Of a DNA stretch of 46,584 bases, positions 1 through 9,820 are shown piece by piece (positions within the stretch are counted from its first letter, which is position 1; the number at the start of each line of letters is the position of its first letter). The notes below the pieces were generated by a model. The model was not told where the DNA came from, did not search any database, and saw only the letters and a list, made by a program, of their open reading frames with translations. The position numbers and the translations under genes are program-made. This DNA comes from a bacterium (GTDB taxonomy: Bacteria > Patescibacteriota > Minisyncoccia > Phycocordibacterales > UBA9973), in the NCBI GenBank assembly GCA_037132055.1, contig JBAXPX010000003.1, positions 1 to 46,584 on the forward strand, given 5' to 3'.

Positions 1-1625
1 CACTCACTGTGACAGTTGCTCCACCGTTTGAAGAAATATTTCCTCCACCAGTGGCTGAAGATTGAGTTATGTCTGTAGCTGGACTAGTAGTAGTAAGAGT
101 TGGAACAACAACTTCGGAAGCAGTCGTAAATGTTACATCAGCACCATAGGCCGTTCCAACACTATTCGTAGCATAAGCACGAACGTGATAAAGAGTATCA
201 GGTGTTAATCCTGTCATACTACTTGTCCACGGTCCTCCAATTGCCCAACCATCTGTTGTTTTAGTAGATAGTGCTGTAGTAGGGTTAGATGATGTGTTCC
301 AAACTAGACCACTCACTGTGACAGTTGCTCCACCGTTTGAAGAAATATTTCCTCCACCAGTGGCAGAAGAAGTAGCTATACTTGTTACAGGATCTGTAGT
401 GGTAAGAGTTGGAACAACTGGATCTGAAGTGGTAAATGTTCCATCAGAAGAATATCCTGTACCAGTAGAGTTAGTTGCATATCCACGATAGTAATATGTA
501 GTACTTGCAGTAAGCCCTGTCACTCCTTTAGTAAATACCCCAGTAGTTGTAGCTCCTTCGGCTACACATGGTGTCGTTGGATTTGGTGAAGTTCCATAAC
601 AAACTCCTCGAGCTGATATTGAAGCTGGATTACCTAAATCTGTAACATTTGCTCCGAGGGTAACTGTTGTTTGAGTAATAGAAGCAGAAGTTGGAGTAGT
701 AAGAGTAGGAACTTTAAGAGTCGTAAATGTAACGTCCGAACCATATGCTGTTCCTGCACTATTGGTAGCATAAGCACGATAATGATAAAGAGTACCAGGA
801 GTTAACCCCGTCATATCTTGAATAGATGTCCATGGACCTCCAATAGCCCAACCATCTGTTGTTTTTGTAGATAAAGCTGTTGTAGGGTTTAAAGAAGTAC
901 CCCAAACAAGACCACTGACTGTGACTATTGCTCCACCGTTTGAAGAAATATTTCCACTACCTGATGCTGTAGTCTCTGTTATGTTTGTAACGGGACTGAT
1001 AGTGGTAAGAGTTGGAACAACTGGATCTGAAGTGGTAAAAGTAACATCAGAACCATAAGCTGTCCCTGCACTATTTGTAGCGTAAGCACGAACATGATAA
1101 AGAGTGCTAATTGAAAGTCCTGTGATACTACTTGTGAAAGATCCATTCCCAGAACCATCGCTTGTTTTTGTAGACAATGCAATTGTAGGATCAGATAAAG
1201 TATTCCATACTACCCCTCGAGCTGTAACTGTCGCTCCTCCATTTGAAGAAATATTTCCTCCACCAGTGGCTGAAGATTGAGTTATGTCTGTAACTGGACT
1301 AGTAGTAGTAAGAGTTGGAACATAAGCTAGGGTAGTAAAAGTCTCATCTGAGCCATATGATGTCCCTGCGCTGTTTGTAGCGTAAGCACGAATATGATAA
1401 AGGGTATTGGCTGAAAGTCCTGTGATACTACTTGAAAAAGATCCGACTCCTATTCCGTCACTTGTCTTGGTTGATAAAGCAGTCGTTGGATTAGGCGACG
1501 TATCCCAAACTACACCCTTTGCTGTTACGCTAGCCCCACCACTTGAAGTAATATTTCCACCACCAGTGGCTATGGTTTGAGCTATCGATGAAACGGTAGT
1601 GGTAGTGAGGGTGGGAACAACGACG
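1..1625 (-). repeat. Tandem ~300-bp FN3-like coding repeats (5 complete plus 1 partial)
   Basis: The VPTLT motif recurs near 1620, 1320, 1020, 710, 415 and 105. Near-identical DNA blocks include 1-56 = 309-364 and about 30-107 vs 1245-1322. Confidence 0.85.
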
Positions 1626-2425
1626 GTAAAAGTAGCATTTACATTTTTTGCTGCATCCATAGCTACTACACATTGACCAGGACCAGTACACCCATCTGAC
1701 CATCCTGTAAATGTTCCATCAGTCGATGTGGTTAAGGTCACATAAGAATTGGCCCCTTGCGGAAAATCATAAGAACAACTTCCCCCACAATTTATTCCTG
1801 ATGGAGAACTAGTCACGGTTCCTGTTCCTGTTCCATCTTTAGTAACAGAAAGTGTATAAGTAGGATAAGTATAAGTACCCACATATGTTGAAGAACTGTC
1901 CGCAGTTACTGTCACAGTTGTTTGAAGTTGAGAAGAGTATGTCCAATCTGGGTTTGCGGAATTGTATCTAAACATCATATTTATTTGTATTGTAGTAGTT
2001 GTAAGATTAAAAATCGTGTTGGTGTTTTCGATTCTTGTAAAAATTGGACTATCCACAGAAATGTTCGGCGGAGTTATTGGAGCAGGATCTGCTGTTCCCT
2101 CTTTTCTTCGTAACACTCCACTCGATACATCATAAACCACCGTCACATTATTTATAGTCATGGAAAGTGAGGGGCTAGAAACATTTAATTCTGGGGTAGA
2201 TATCGATGAAGAATTCTTTATGTCTTGTTTTATACGTTCCGTTGCAAAGCGTATAGCAGCATTTACTTCACTTCGTGCCTGTGTTTGTCCGTTTCCTTTT
2301 GAAAGCGAGATAAACATGTTGGAAGATGTAACCATAAGACCAGAAAGTATTCCAACATATAAAACTAGTTCCAAAAGACTAAACGCTCTATGGAGATTTT
2401 TTTTATTAAAAATAAATTTTTTCAT
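1..2425 (-). CDS. Giant minor pilin/adhesin: prepilin N-terminus, one InlB-B/Flg_new-like domain and at least 6 FN3-like repeats (3'-truncated by window edge)
   Basis: Not in ORF track because it runs off the edge. Manual translation from ATG at 2425 gives MKKFIFNKKNLHRA|FSLLELVLYVGILSG (class III signal, E+5), then YTLSVTKDGTGTGTVTSSPSGINCGG, then ~100-aa repeats VPTLTT..ATGGGNI.S.GGA.VT..G.VW..NPT..TGL..TLYH.RAYATNS.GT.YG.D.TFTT. Frame is consistent down to base 1. Confidence 0.88.
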   Translation of the reverse strand, partial: MKKFIFNKKNLHRAFSLLELVLYVGILSGLMVTSSNMFISLSKGNGQTQARSEVNAAIRFATERIKQDIKNSSSISTPELNVSSPSLSMTINNVTVVYDVSSGVLRRKEGTADPAPITPPNISVDSPIFTRIENTNTIFNLTTTTIQINMMFRYNSANPDWTYSSQLQTTVTVTADSSSTYVGTYTYPTYTLSVTKDGTGTGTVTSSPSGINCGGSCSYDFPQGANSYVTLTTSTDGTFTGWSDGCTGPGQCVVAMDAAKNVNATFTVVVPTLTTTTVSSIAQTIATGGGNITSSGGASVTAKGVVWDTSPNPTTALSTKTSDGIGVGSFSSSITGLSANTLYHIRAYATNSAGTSYGSDETFTTLAYVPTLTTTSPVTDITQSSATGGGNISSNGGATVTARGVVWNTLSDPTIALSTKTSDGSGNGSFTSSITGLSISTLYHVRAYATNSAGTAYGSDVTFTTSDPVVPTLTTISPVTNITETTASGSGNISSNGGAIVTVSGLVWGTSLNPTTALSTKTTDGWAIGGPWTSIQDMTGLTPGTLYHYRAYATNSAGTAYGSDVTFTTLKVPTLTTPTSASITQTTVTLGANVTDLGNPASISARGVCYGTSPNPTTPCVAEGATTTGVFTKGVTGLTASTTYYYRGYATNSTGTGYSSDGTFTTSDPVVPTLTTTDPVTSIATSSATGGGNISSNGGATVTVSGLVWNTSSNPTTALSTKTTDGWAIGGPWTSSMTGLTPDTLYHVRAYATNSVGTAYGADVTFTTASEVVVPTLTTTSPATDITQSSATGGGNISSNGGATVTVS

Positions 2426-2434
2426 AAAATATAT

Positions 2435-3472
2435 TTATGGTGCCCAATTTATTATAACACCATTGACTGTAGGTGTGCTATTTCCTGCTGAAATACAATC
2501 ATCAGAACAAATTTGAATTTTGTATCTATAATAACGCATGTTGTTCCATGCAGATAAACAATCTGCGCCTTTCAATTCGATTGGAGTATTAGAAACACCA
2601 GGATCAAACCAATCAGATGCTCCACAAGTAGCTCCACCATAATAATTCCAAGAACCAGAAGAACTTGTAGATCCTGCAATTTGAAAACGAACCTTTCCTT
2701 CGTTGGCCCCTACTCCTCCTAAAACACCCTTCCACATAACAGAATTATAGCCTGCCCCTCCCGTAACTGCAGAATCAAAAACTGATGAAATCAATGTCCC
2801 TGAAATTGCTTTAGGAGTAGTTCCCGTTAATTTAAGCACTCCGGATTCACTGGTATCAATGCCAGAATCATGACTAAAGTATGTTGTAGGTGGACAAGAT
2901 ACAACATCATCAGTCGGAGTAGTTTCTGTCGTCCAAACTGTCTGAGCACATACTTTATTTTTCCATCTAAATAAATATCCATTTATAACCACAGAATCTC
3001 CTCCAGTCCAAGAAACAGTCGCAGTAATTTTTTGTGTATTCGGATCATCATTCACCCCTGTGTATGTTGCTTCTATTTTTCTGTCTGTAGTGCTATCACG
3101 ACTAACATTATTTATAACAATACTGCGTGTAAAAGAGATACCATTGACAACAACAATCTCATCTCCGGCCAAAAGAGTCCATTTATTATCAACCTTGAGT
3201 GGATAATAGTGAGTAGTTCCTTTTACTATCCCTACTGGTGAATAAATATCTTGCCAATTTTCCTCTGCAACACTACGCGCTATTTCAATCACCTCAGAAG
3301 CAAGATTGAATGCTGTATCTCTTTCACTTGAAGTTTTATCACTCCTTAAGCTCACTAATACTGCCTGAGTTCCGACAGTAAAAATTATAGCAAGTAAAGA
3401 AATAACTATCAGGAGTTCAAAAAGTAATGCTCCTTTATTTTGTTTATATATTTTTATATTACTAATGATCAT
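2435..3472 (-). CDS. Minor pilin (PilV-like) with C-terminal beta-rich domain
   Basis: KG|ALLFELLIVISLLAII prepilin-like N-terminus; located in the pilus operon. Confidence 0.75.
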   Translation of the reverse strand: MIISNIKIYKQNKGALLFELLIVISLLAIIFTVGTQAVLVSLRSDKTSSERDTAFNLASEVIEIARSVAEENWQDIYSPVGIVKGTTHYYPLKVDNKWTLLAGDEIVVVNGISFTRSIVINNVSRDSTTDRKIEATYTGVNDDPNTQKITATVSWTGGDSVVINGYLFRWKNKVCAQTVWTTETTPTDDVVSCPPTTYFSHDSGIDTSESGVLKLTGTTPKAISGTLISSVFDSAVTGGAGYNSVMWKGVLGGVGANEGKVRFQIAGSTSSSGSWNYYGGATCGASDWFDPGVSNTPIELKGADCLSAWNNMRYYRYKIQICSDDCISAGNSTPTVNGVIINWAP

Positions 3473-3496
3473 TTTTTATGAATACTAAATTTTAAA

Positions 3497-5221
3497 TTAT
3501 TGCGAGCATGAACAAATTTTCATCCAGTAATTTATTGTAGCACCACAAGAATTTCGAGTTATCTGATCAGTATAAACACTTCCACCATTTGTTCTTTGAT
3601 AGTATTGCCCCGAAGCATTAAATTCTGGAGTTCGATTTGTCATCCCTCCAAATAGTTGATTCCTACTAACACCCATCACTCCATATAGATCATAGTCATC
3701 AAGGCCAGTTTGAGTATTGGCAACACAAGTTGCTCCTGCGGCTGTACATGTTGTGCTGCAAGTTGGACTCGGATTAGGAACAGTTTGTTTATACCAACAA
3801 TATCCATTAAAAATAGTTCCACCACAAGTAACGGCATAGGTAGCAGTAATAGTGTGAGTCGTAGTTATATTAGAAAATGTATAAGGCGAAGTAGCAGAAA
3901 CTGGTGAGCCATCTACAGTAACTGTCTCAATATGATAATTATCACTTGGGGTTATCGTAAACGCTTGGTTTGTTCCATAATTTTTTGTAGTTGTTCCAGG
4001 TGATATTGTACCATTTGAACTTTGTGTCACCGTGATAGCATAAGTTAATATTGAAAATGTCGCAGTTATCGTGTGAGTTGTAGTAACATTAGAAAAGGTA
4101 TAACTCGTGTTTGGCGTTACCGCTCCGCCGTCTATAGTTAGAGCTGAAACATAATATCCAGTACTAGGAGTAATAGAATAAGCTTGACTTCCACCTTCTG
4201 CAACTGCCGTCACTCCACTTGGAGAGATTGTTCCATTTGCACTCTGAGTAGCTGTAATATTAAATGTTATTAAGGTAAACGTAGCAGTTATGGTATGGTT
4301 TGCTGAAATATTAGAGAATGTATAACTCGTATTTGGTGTGACTGCCCCACCATCTATGGTTAGAGCTGAAACATAATATCCAGAACTCGGAGTTATGGTG
4401 TATGCCTGACTTGTACCATAACTTTTTGTAACTACTCCAGATGGCGAGATCGTACCATTTGCGCTCTGAGTAGCAGTAATAGTATATGTTGCAACTGAGA
4501 AAGTAGCACTGATAGTATGAGTAGCTGTGACATTTGAAAAGGTATAACTCGATGCTGGAGTAACAAATGCTCCGTCGACAGTCAATGTAGCCACACTATA
4601 TCCAACACTTGGAGTTATGTTATAAGTCTGACTTCCTCCTGAAGCCACAGCCGTAACCCCGGCAGGAGTTATGGACCCATTTGCTCCTTGTATTGCGGTA
4701 ATATTATAACTTGTTCCCACAACAACATTCCCATACGGGCTTCCATACGAAACTGTTCCGACAGACGTGACACTTATCGTCTGAGTCACGCCACTTGCAG
4801 TGATACTAATAGAAGATGAAGAAGCTAGGCCTGTAATCCTGCTAAAAATAATGTCTTTTGATGAGCTTGCCGCAGGGTCAGAGAAAGTAATACCAATAGG
4901 TAAATAATTTGTTGAAATAATAACTTTACTAGCATCATCGTAGTCAGTAGGCGTAGAGAAAAGTTCATAATATTGACTCGATCCATTTATAAAATGAATT
5001 CCCCATTTTAATCCACCTTCACCAGTCATTGATTTGGATTGCATTTGCCTGAGTTCTGCTGAAATGGTTTGCGCCGTTGTATTTATTTCTACATTTTTAC
5101 TGTAGTTTTTATAAAATCCACTACCTGCAACTGAAATGACTACAAGCGTAGCAAATACGATAAGGACTTCGAGTATTGTAAATCCTTTTTTAGAAATAAT
5201 TTTGTCAGCATTTTTATTCAT
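3497..5221 (-). CDS. Minor pilin/adhesin (FimT/GspH-like N-terminus) with four InlB-B/Flg_new-like repeats and a Cys-rich tip domain
   Basis: KG|FTILEVLIV prepilin motif; four ~75-aa repeats Y.ITATQ.ANGTISP.G...G.SQ.Y.ITP..GY.V..LT.DG...YTFSN....HTITATF; six or more Cys in the C-terminal ~110 aa. Confidence 0.85.
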   Translation of the reverse strand: MNKNADKIISKKGFTILEVLIVFATLVVISVAGSGFYKNYSKNVEINTTAQTISAELRQMQSKSMTGEGGLKWGIHFINGSSQYYELFSTPTDYDDASKVIISTNYLPIGITFSDPAASSSKDIIFSRITGLASSSSISITASGVTQTISVTSVGTVSYGSPYGNVVVGTSYNITAIQGANGSITPAGVTAVASGGSQTYNITPSVGYSVATLTVDGAFVTPASSYTFSNVTATHTISATFSVATYTITATQSANGTISPSGVVTKSYGTSQAYTITPSSGYYVSALTIDGGAVTPNTSYTFSNISANHTITATFTLITFNITATQSANGTISPSGVTAVAEGGSQAYSITPSTGYYVSALTIDGGAVTPNTSYTFSNVTTTHTITATFSILTYAITVTQSSNGTISPGTTTKNYGTNQAFTITPSDNYHIETVTVDGSPVSATSPYTFSNITTTHTITATYAVTCGGTIFNGYCWYKQTVPNPSPTCSTTCTAAGATCVANTQTGLDDYDLYGVMGVSRNQLFGGMTNRTPEFNASGQYYQRTNGGSVYTDQITRNSCGATINYWMKICSCSQ

Positions 5222-6441
5222 TATACGAAATGTCCGACTAATTGATAAATAGGAATAATAATCGCAACTGCAATCGATCCGACCATAAGTCCCATTATGA
5301 GCAACAAAACTGGTTCAAGAACTGATGTTAAGTCTTTTAATTTATTATCAACTTCTTCTTCATAAAAATCTGAGAACGTTTGTAAAATTTCATGCAGTGA
5401 TCCAGTACGTTCCCCAACAGCGACAAGACTGATCAGGAGTCGTGGAAAAAGTTTTGGAAACTTTCCAAGTGCTTCTGAAATTGGTATACCGTTTTTTATA
5501 TCCGCTATTGCAGCATCTATAGCAAATTTATACATATTGTTACCCACTGATTGAGCTGACAATTCTAGCGCATCAACAACAGAAAGACCCCCATCAATCA
5601 AATTACCAAAGGTACGTGTAAACCTAATGATCGCAATCCTTTTTATTAAATCTTTAGCAACAGGTGTATGGGACGCAATCCAAAAGAAAAACTTTTTCCC
5701 TATTTGCGTTGTACGAAAATAAAAAAAGAACCAAACAAGTAAAAGAAAAACTACAAAATCAAGAGTAAAACTCCATGTTAGAACTGCCGATAAGTTCATA
5801 AAAAATTTAGTAATCCATGGCAATGATACACCGCTCGAAGTAAAAGCTTTCGTTAGCCGTGGGAGAACAAAAATAAGCATAAGCACGACAACTCCAAATG
5901 ATGAAACCAAGAGAATTATCGGATAAGTAAGAGCTGATTTGACCTTACTTCTCAATGCATATTCTTTCGAAAGATAACTCGCAAGCTCTGATAGAGTTTT
6001 ATCTAATTTACCAGAGACTTCTCCTGCTTTTATCATTCCAATAAAAATAGCAGGAAATGAATCTTTGTATACATTGAAACTATAAGAAAGCAACTGCCCA
6101 TTTTTAATCATAGCTTGAACCCCTTGTAGAATTTTCTTCATCATTTTCTTATTGGTGTCCTCTATCAAGATATCAAGCGATTCTACTATAGATAGTCCTG
6201 CTTTTATTGTAGTTGCAAGATTTCGCACAAGAAACATGACATCTACAGAGCCAATCTTGTCAAATAATTGTATCGATAAAATATTTTTTTCTTTATCCTC
6301 TCCACCAATTAGTTTCACTGATATCGGTGTTAAATAACGTTTATTTAAAAAATCTATAACTTCAGTCTCAGTATTTCCCTCATATTGACCATGAGTTACC
6401 TCGTTCTGTTTATTGTATGCTTCGTAAATATATGTTGCCAT
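5221..6441 (-). CDS. pilC: Type IV pilus platform protein (T2SSF family)
   Basis: Two T2SSF repeats (AGEVSGKLD, VGERTGSL) and the YP..LL and EP.LL TM motifs. Confidence 0.93.
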   Translation of the reverse strand: MATYIYEAYNKQNEVTHGQYEGNTETEVIDFLNKRYLTPISVKLIGGEDKEKNILSIQLFDKIGSVDVMFLVRNLATTIKAGLSIVESLDILIEDTNKKMMKKILQGVQAMIKNGQLLSYSFNVYKDSFPAIFIGMIKAGEVSGKLDKTLSELASYLSKEYALRSKVKSALTYPIILLVSSFGVVVLMLIFVLPRLTKAFTSSGVSLPWITKFFMNLSAVLTWSFTLDFVVFLLLVWFFFYFRTTQIGKKFFFWIASHTPVAKDLIKRIAIIRFTRTFGNLIDGGLSVVDALELSAQSVGNNMYKFAIDAAIADIKNGIPISEALGKFPKLFPRLLISLVAVGERTGSLHEILQTFSDFYEEEVDNKLKDLTSVLEPVLLLIMGLMVGSIAVAIIIPIYQLVGHFV

Positions 6442-6446
6442 AAAAA

Positions 6447-8156
6447 TTATTCATTAACGACGCGCATGATTTCCTCTATTGTGGTGATGCCTTTTTCAAC
6501 TTTATCTAAGCCATCAATAAACATAGAAACCATACCATTACTAATTGCTTTTTTTCTTAGTTCTCCAACTTGGGCTTCGGCGATAATTAATTCACGAATA
6601 TCAGAAGTTATAGAAAATACTTCAAATATTCCTATCTGACCTAAAAATCCTGAATTGCCACAAACTTTACATCCTTTCCCTTTATAAAGAGTTGTCGGAA
6701 TTTCGTTTATTTTACCCCCAGAAAGTTTAACCTGCTCCTTTATTAGGCGTGCTGTTTCATGTGTTGTTTTATATGATTCAATACAAGAAGTACAAATCCT
6801 ACGAACAAGACGCTGAGCAATAATTAAGTTAACAGTAGAAGAAATCAAAAACGCTGGAGCTTTCATGTCGAGTAACCGTGGGATTGCAGACGGAGCATCG
6901 TTGGTATGTAAAGACGACAATACAAGATGTCCAGTAAGCGCTGCTTGAACAGCTATCTCTACTGTTTCATTGTCGCGAATTTCTCCAACCATTATAATAT
7001 CGGGATTCTGACGTAAAAGTGCACGAAGACCATTTGAAAAAGTAATACCTGCTTTTGTATTTACTTGTGTCTGGTTAACTCTTGGAAATTCATATTCGAT
7101 CGGGTCTTCAATCGTTGTAATGTTCACCAGTGGCGTATTTAAAATATGCAAAATTGCATAAAGTGTGGTGGTCTTACCATGACCAGTAGGCCCAGTAACC
7201 AAAATCATTCCGTGAGGTTTTTTTATTTCTTCACTAAGAATGACATTAGCTTCATCAGAAAAACCAAGATCCTTTAATGTGAGAGGTCGAGCTGAGCTTT
7301 TCAATAATCGCATTTCAACTTTTTCCCCGTGGAATATTGGCATTATGTTTACACGCACATCTAGATTTGTCCCCTCTTCCATTTCAAAACGAAAACGTCC
7401 ATCTTGTGGCATACGATGTTCATCTATTTGAAGATTAGCTAGAATTTTTACACGAGCAACTAATATAGGAGCTATAACTTGAGGCAAACTCAAAACTTCT
7501 GACATAATTCCATCAATACGGAAACGCACAAGGAGTTCATGCTCGAGTGGTTCAAAATGAATATCTGAGGAATTTAATGTTATAGCTTGTTCCATGATGT
7601 TGTCAAGGATAGACACAATAGGAACAGCAGAAGCCGTCTTTGAAAGATCTTTTTCTTTTACTATTAGAAGTGACTGTTCTATGTTTTGAGAAATTATCTG
7701 TTCAAAGCCAAGTCCGATGCTTTGCTTGTACTGTTTAAAACCATAACGTAGGCTTGAATAAGTGGTAAGATACACCTCTGCCCAAGCATTAAATTTATAT
7801 CTCAAATATTCGATAGTATCATAATCATACGGATCTAGCATTGCCAATTTTATTATTCCCTTTTCCTTGTCGTAGCCAAAAAGTATTATATTTTTTGATT
7901 TCGCATAAACTTCTGGAATAAGTTCTAAAACTTCACGGTCGACAGTTTCTTTTTTTAGATTAACTATTGGAACTCCATAATAAGGAGCCAGTAATTCGGT
8001 TAGATAATCCTCCGGTATTTTTTCATTACCGATTAAAACATTAGAAATAGTCTGACCATTCCTTTTAGATTCTTCGGATGCCAAGTCAAAATCTTCAGCA
8101 CTAATGAGACCTGATTGGAGTAAAATTGACTTTAACTTTTCTTCAGATATGTGCAT
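6447..8156 (-). CDS. pilB: Type IV pilus assembly ATPase (PilB/GspE)
   Basis: Walker A GPTGHGKTT, TIEDPIE, LRQNPDIIMVGEIRD, His box TGHLVLSSLH and CxxC zinc motifs. Confidence 0.95.
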   Translation of the reverse strand: MHISEEKLKSILLQSGLISAEDFDLASEESKRNGQTISNVLIGNEKIPEDYLTELLAPYYGVPIVNLKKETVDREVLELIPEVYAKSKNIILFGYDKEKGIIKLAMLDPYDYDTIEYLRYKFNAWAEVYLTTYSSLRYGFKQYKQSIGLGFEQIISQNIEQSLLIVKEKDLSKTASAVPIVSILDNIMEQAITLNSSDIHFEPLEHELLVRFRIDGIMSEVLSLPQVIAPILVARVKILANLQIDEHRMPQDGRFRFEMEEGTNLDVRVNIMPIFHGEKVEMRLLKSSARPLTLKDLGFSDEANVILSEEIKKPHGMILVTGPTGHGKTTTLYAILHILNTPLVNITTIEDPIEYEFPRVNQTQVNTKAGITFSNGLRALLRQNPDIIMVGEIRDNETVEIAVQAALTGHLVLSSLHTNDAPSAIPRLLDMKAPAFLISSTVNLIIAQRLVRRICTSCIESYKTTHETARLIKEQVKLSGGKINEIPTTLYKGKGCKVCGNSGFLGQIGIFEVFSITSDIRELIIAEAQVGELRKKAISNGMVSMFIDGLDKVEKGITTIEEIMRVVNE

Positions 8157-8226
8157 TGTTATATATTATATCTTAGTCTAAAAAACGTAGCAAACATTTA
8201 TATGACAAAAAGTATCACCATAAACA

Positions 8227-8254
8227 AAAACACCCCACTATAGTGGGGTGTTTT
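8227..8254 (-). terminator. Intrinsic terminator downstream of the pilin pair
   Basis: Perfect palindrome AAAACACCCCACTA|TAGTGGGGTGTTTT with T-tract on the minus strand, 10 nt after the pilin stop. Confidence 0.85.
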
Positions 8255-8264
8255 CTAAAAGAAA

Positions 8265-8975
8265 TTAAAATTCCGTAGCACCTCTTCCTAATATTGTAAG
8301 GTTGGTACCAGTTTCATAGAGGGTTGCGGTGTTTCCACCATCATTTGCTCTTAAATCATTTGGAGAAGTAGTATATGCAGCACTTTCAAGTTGAGCATTG
8401 ATTTCAAAAGCAAGAGGACTTTGTGAACATCCATAACGATACACTAAATCGGTATACAAAACATTGTCATGATCTGCAATGGTATTCACTGGATCAACAG
8501 GAATATTTGATATTGGTGAACCACCAACGATAGAATCAAAGTCAACTGGAATCCAACCACTTCCGCTAGTTAATGACGAATTAGCTACCGTTGTTTGTCT
8601 AGAAGTAGATCCTCCGGCCCCTGTTCCACCATCTAGAGTTGTATCGTGAATGGCAGCCCCCGGAGAATCAGAAGGATAAGAATAGGAAATCTTAAATGTT
8701 CCATCTCCCCATGCCGTATCTGGAGCTGTCTTACATATAGCATTTGAAGAATCTCCACCTAAATACGGAGTAGTAGTACTCGTCAAATAAAGTCCAATAG
8801 CAGTTTTTAATGTACTTAGGTCTGATATACGTTGAGCATCTCGAGCCTTTTTTAATGTTTCTGCTGGGTTCAAAACAATTACAAGAGCGACTGATAGAAT
8901 AGCTATGATAGCTATAACGATCAAAAGTTCAAGTAAGGTAAAACCACGATCCTTGTTCTTTTTCATAATATGCAT
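8265..8975 (-). CDS. Type IV major pilin, copy 2
   Basis: RG|FTLLELLIVIAIIAIL; followed by its own terminator. Confidence 0.9.
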   Translation of the reverse strand: MHIMKKNKDRGFTLLELLIVIAIIAILSVALVIVLNPAETLKKARDAQRISDLSTLKTAIGLYLTSTTTPYLGGDSSNAICKTAPDTAWGDGTFKISYSYPSDSPGAAIHDTTLDGGTGAGGSTSRQTTVANSSLTSGSGWIPVDFDSIVGGSPISNIPVDPVNTIADHDNVLYTDLVYRYGCSQSPLAFEINAQLESAAYTTSPNDLRANDGGNTATLYETGTNLTILGRGATEF

Positions 8976-9016
8976 ATTAATAAAATGATTTGTTAATGAT
9001 TAATAAAAAGACTTTT
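8758..9016. repeat. 259-bp exact direct repeat, copy A (pilin 5' part plus 41 bp upstream)
   Basis: Identical to 9492-9750 by visual alignment (offset 734). Confidence 0.9.
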
Positions 9017-9709
9017 TTACAAATCTGTTCCATCCTCAAGGATCAAAAGGTTTGTACCCGTCTCATACAAGTTTGCATTATTTCCACCATCATTTGCCCT
9101 CATGTCATTTGGAGAAGTAGTATATGCAGCACTTTCAAGTTGAGCATCTATTTCAAATGCAAGAGGGGAAGCAAGACATGCATATCTATATACTAAATCA
9201 GTACTTGCAACACCATCGACTGCGGCAATTGTATTTACAGGATCAACGGGAACATTTGATATTGGTGAACCACCAGTCAATGAATCAAAATTAACCGGAA
9301 TCCAACCACTTCCACTGGTTAGTCCAGGTGTTGCAACTTGAGTTGAATCTGGAACACTTCCAGACCCACCATCCAATGTCGCATCAGTAATATCACGAGG
9401 ACTTCCAGATGGTGTAGAATAAAAGATTTTATCACCTGCTTCCCATCCACCTGCAATTGTACCTTTACATGCAGTATTCGCATTTGTTGCTCCTAAATAC
9501 GGAGTAGTAGTACTCGTCAAATAAAGTCCAATAGCAGTTTTTAATGTACTTAGGTCTGATATACGTTGAGCATCTCGAGCCTTTTTTAATGTTTCTGCTG
9601 GGTTCAAAACAATTACAAGAGCGACTGATAGAATAGCTATGATAGCTATAACGATCAAAAGTTCAAGTAAGGTAAAACCACGATCCTTGTTCTTTTTCAT
9701 AATATGCAT
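9017..9709 (-). CDS. Type IV major pilin, copy 1
   Basis: Same first ~72 aa as 8265-8975, with a divergent globular region. Confidence 0.9.
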   Translation of the reverse strand: MHIMKKNKDRGFTLLELLIVIAIIAILSVALVIVLNPAETLKKARDAQRISDLSTLKTAIGLYLTSTTTPYLGATNANTACKGTIAGGWEAGDKIFYSTPSGSPRDITDATLDGGSGSVPDSTQVATPGLTSGSGWIPVNFDSLTGGSPISNVPVDPVNTIAAVDGVASTDLVYRYACLASPLAFEIDAQLESAAYTTSPNDMRANDGGNNANLYETGTNLLILEDGTDL

Positions 9710-9750
9710 ATTAATAAAATGATTTGTTAATGATTAATAAAAAGACTTTT
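9492..9750. repeat. 259-bp exact direct repeat, copy B
   Basis: Identical to 8758-9016. Confidence 0.9.
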
Positions 9751-9775
9751 ATATAAATTGAAAATTTATATGTTT

Positions 9776-9806
9776 ATTATAACATAGACCTATACAAACT
9801 TGTCAA
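9776..9806 (-). promoter_or_regulatory. Consensus sigma70-type promoter for the major pilins
   Basis: Minus strand TTGACA-19 nt-TATAAT with extended -10 TG; the spacing is longer than the canonical 17. Confidence 0.6.
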
Positions 9807-9820
9807 CAAAATGTGGATTA

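Noticed and set aside
294-2516. Short ORFs at 294-491, 979-1182, 1922-2113 and 2160-2516
   Set aside because: They are shadow ORFs of the long minus-strand pilin-adhesin. The same applies to the other short antisense or out-of-frame ORFs overlapping recognised genes.
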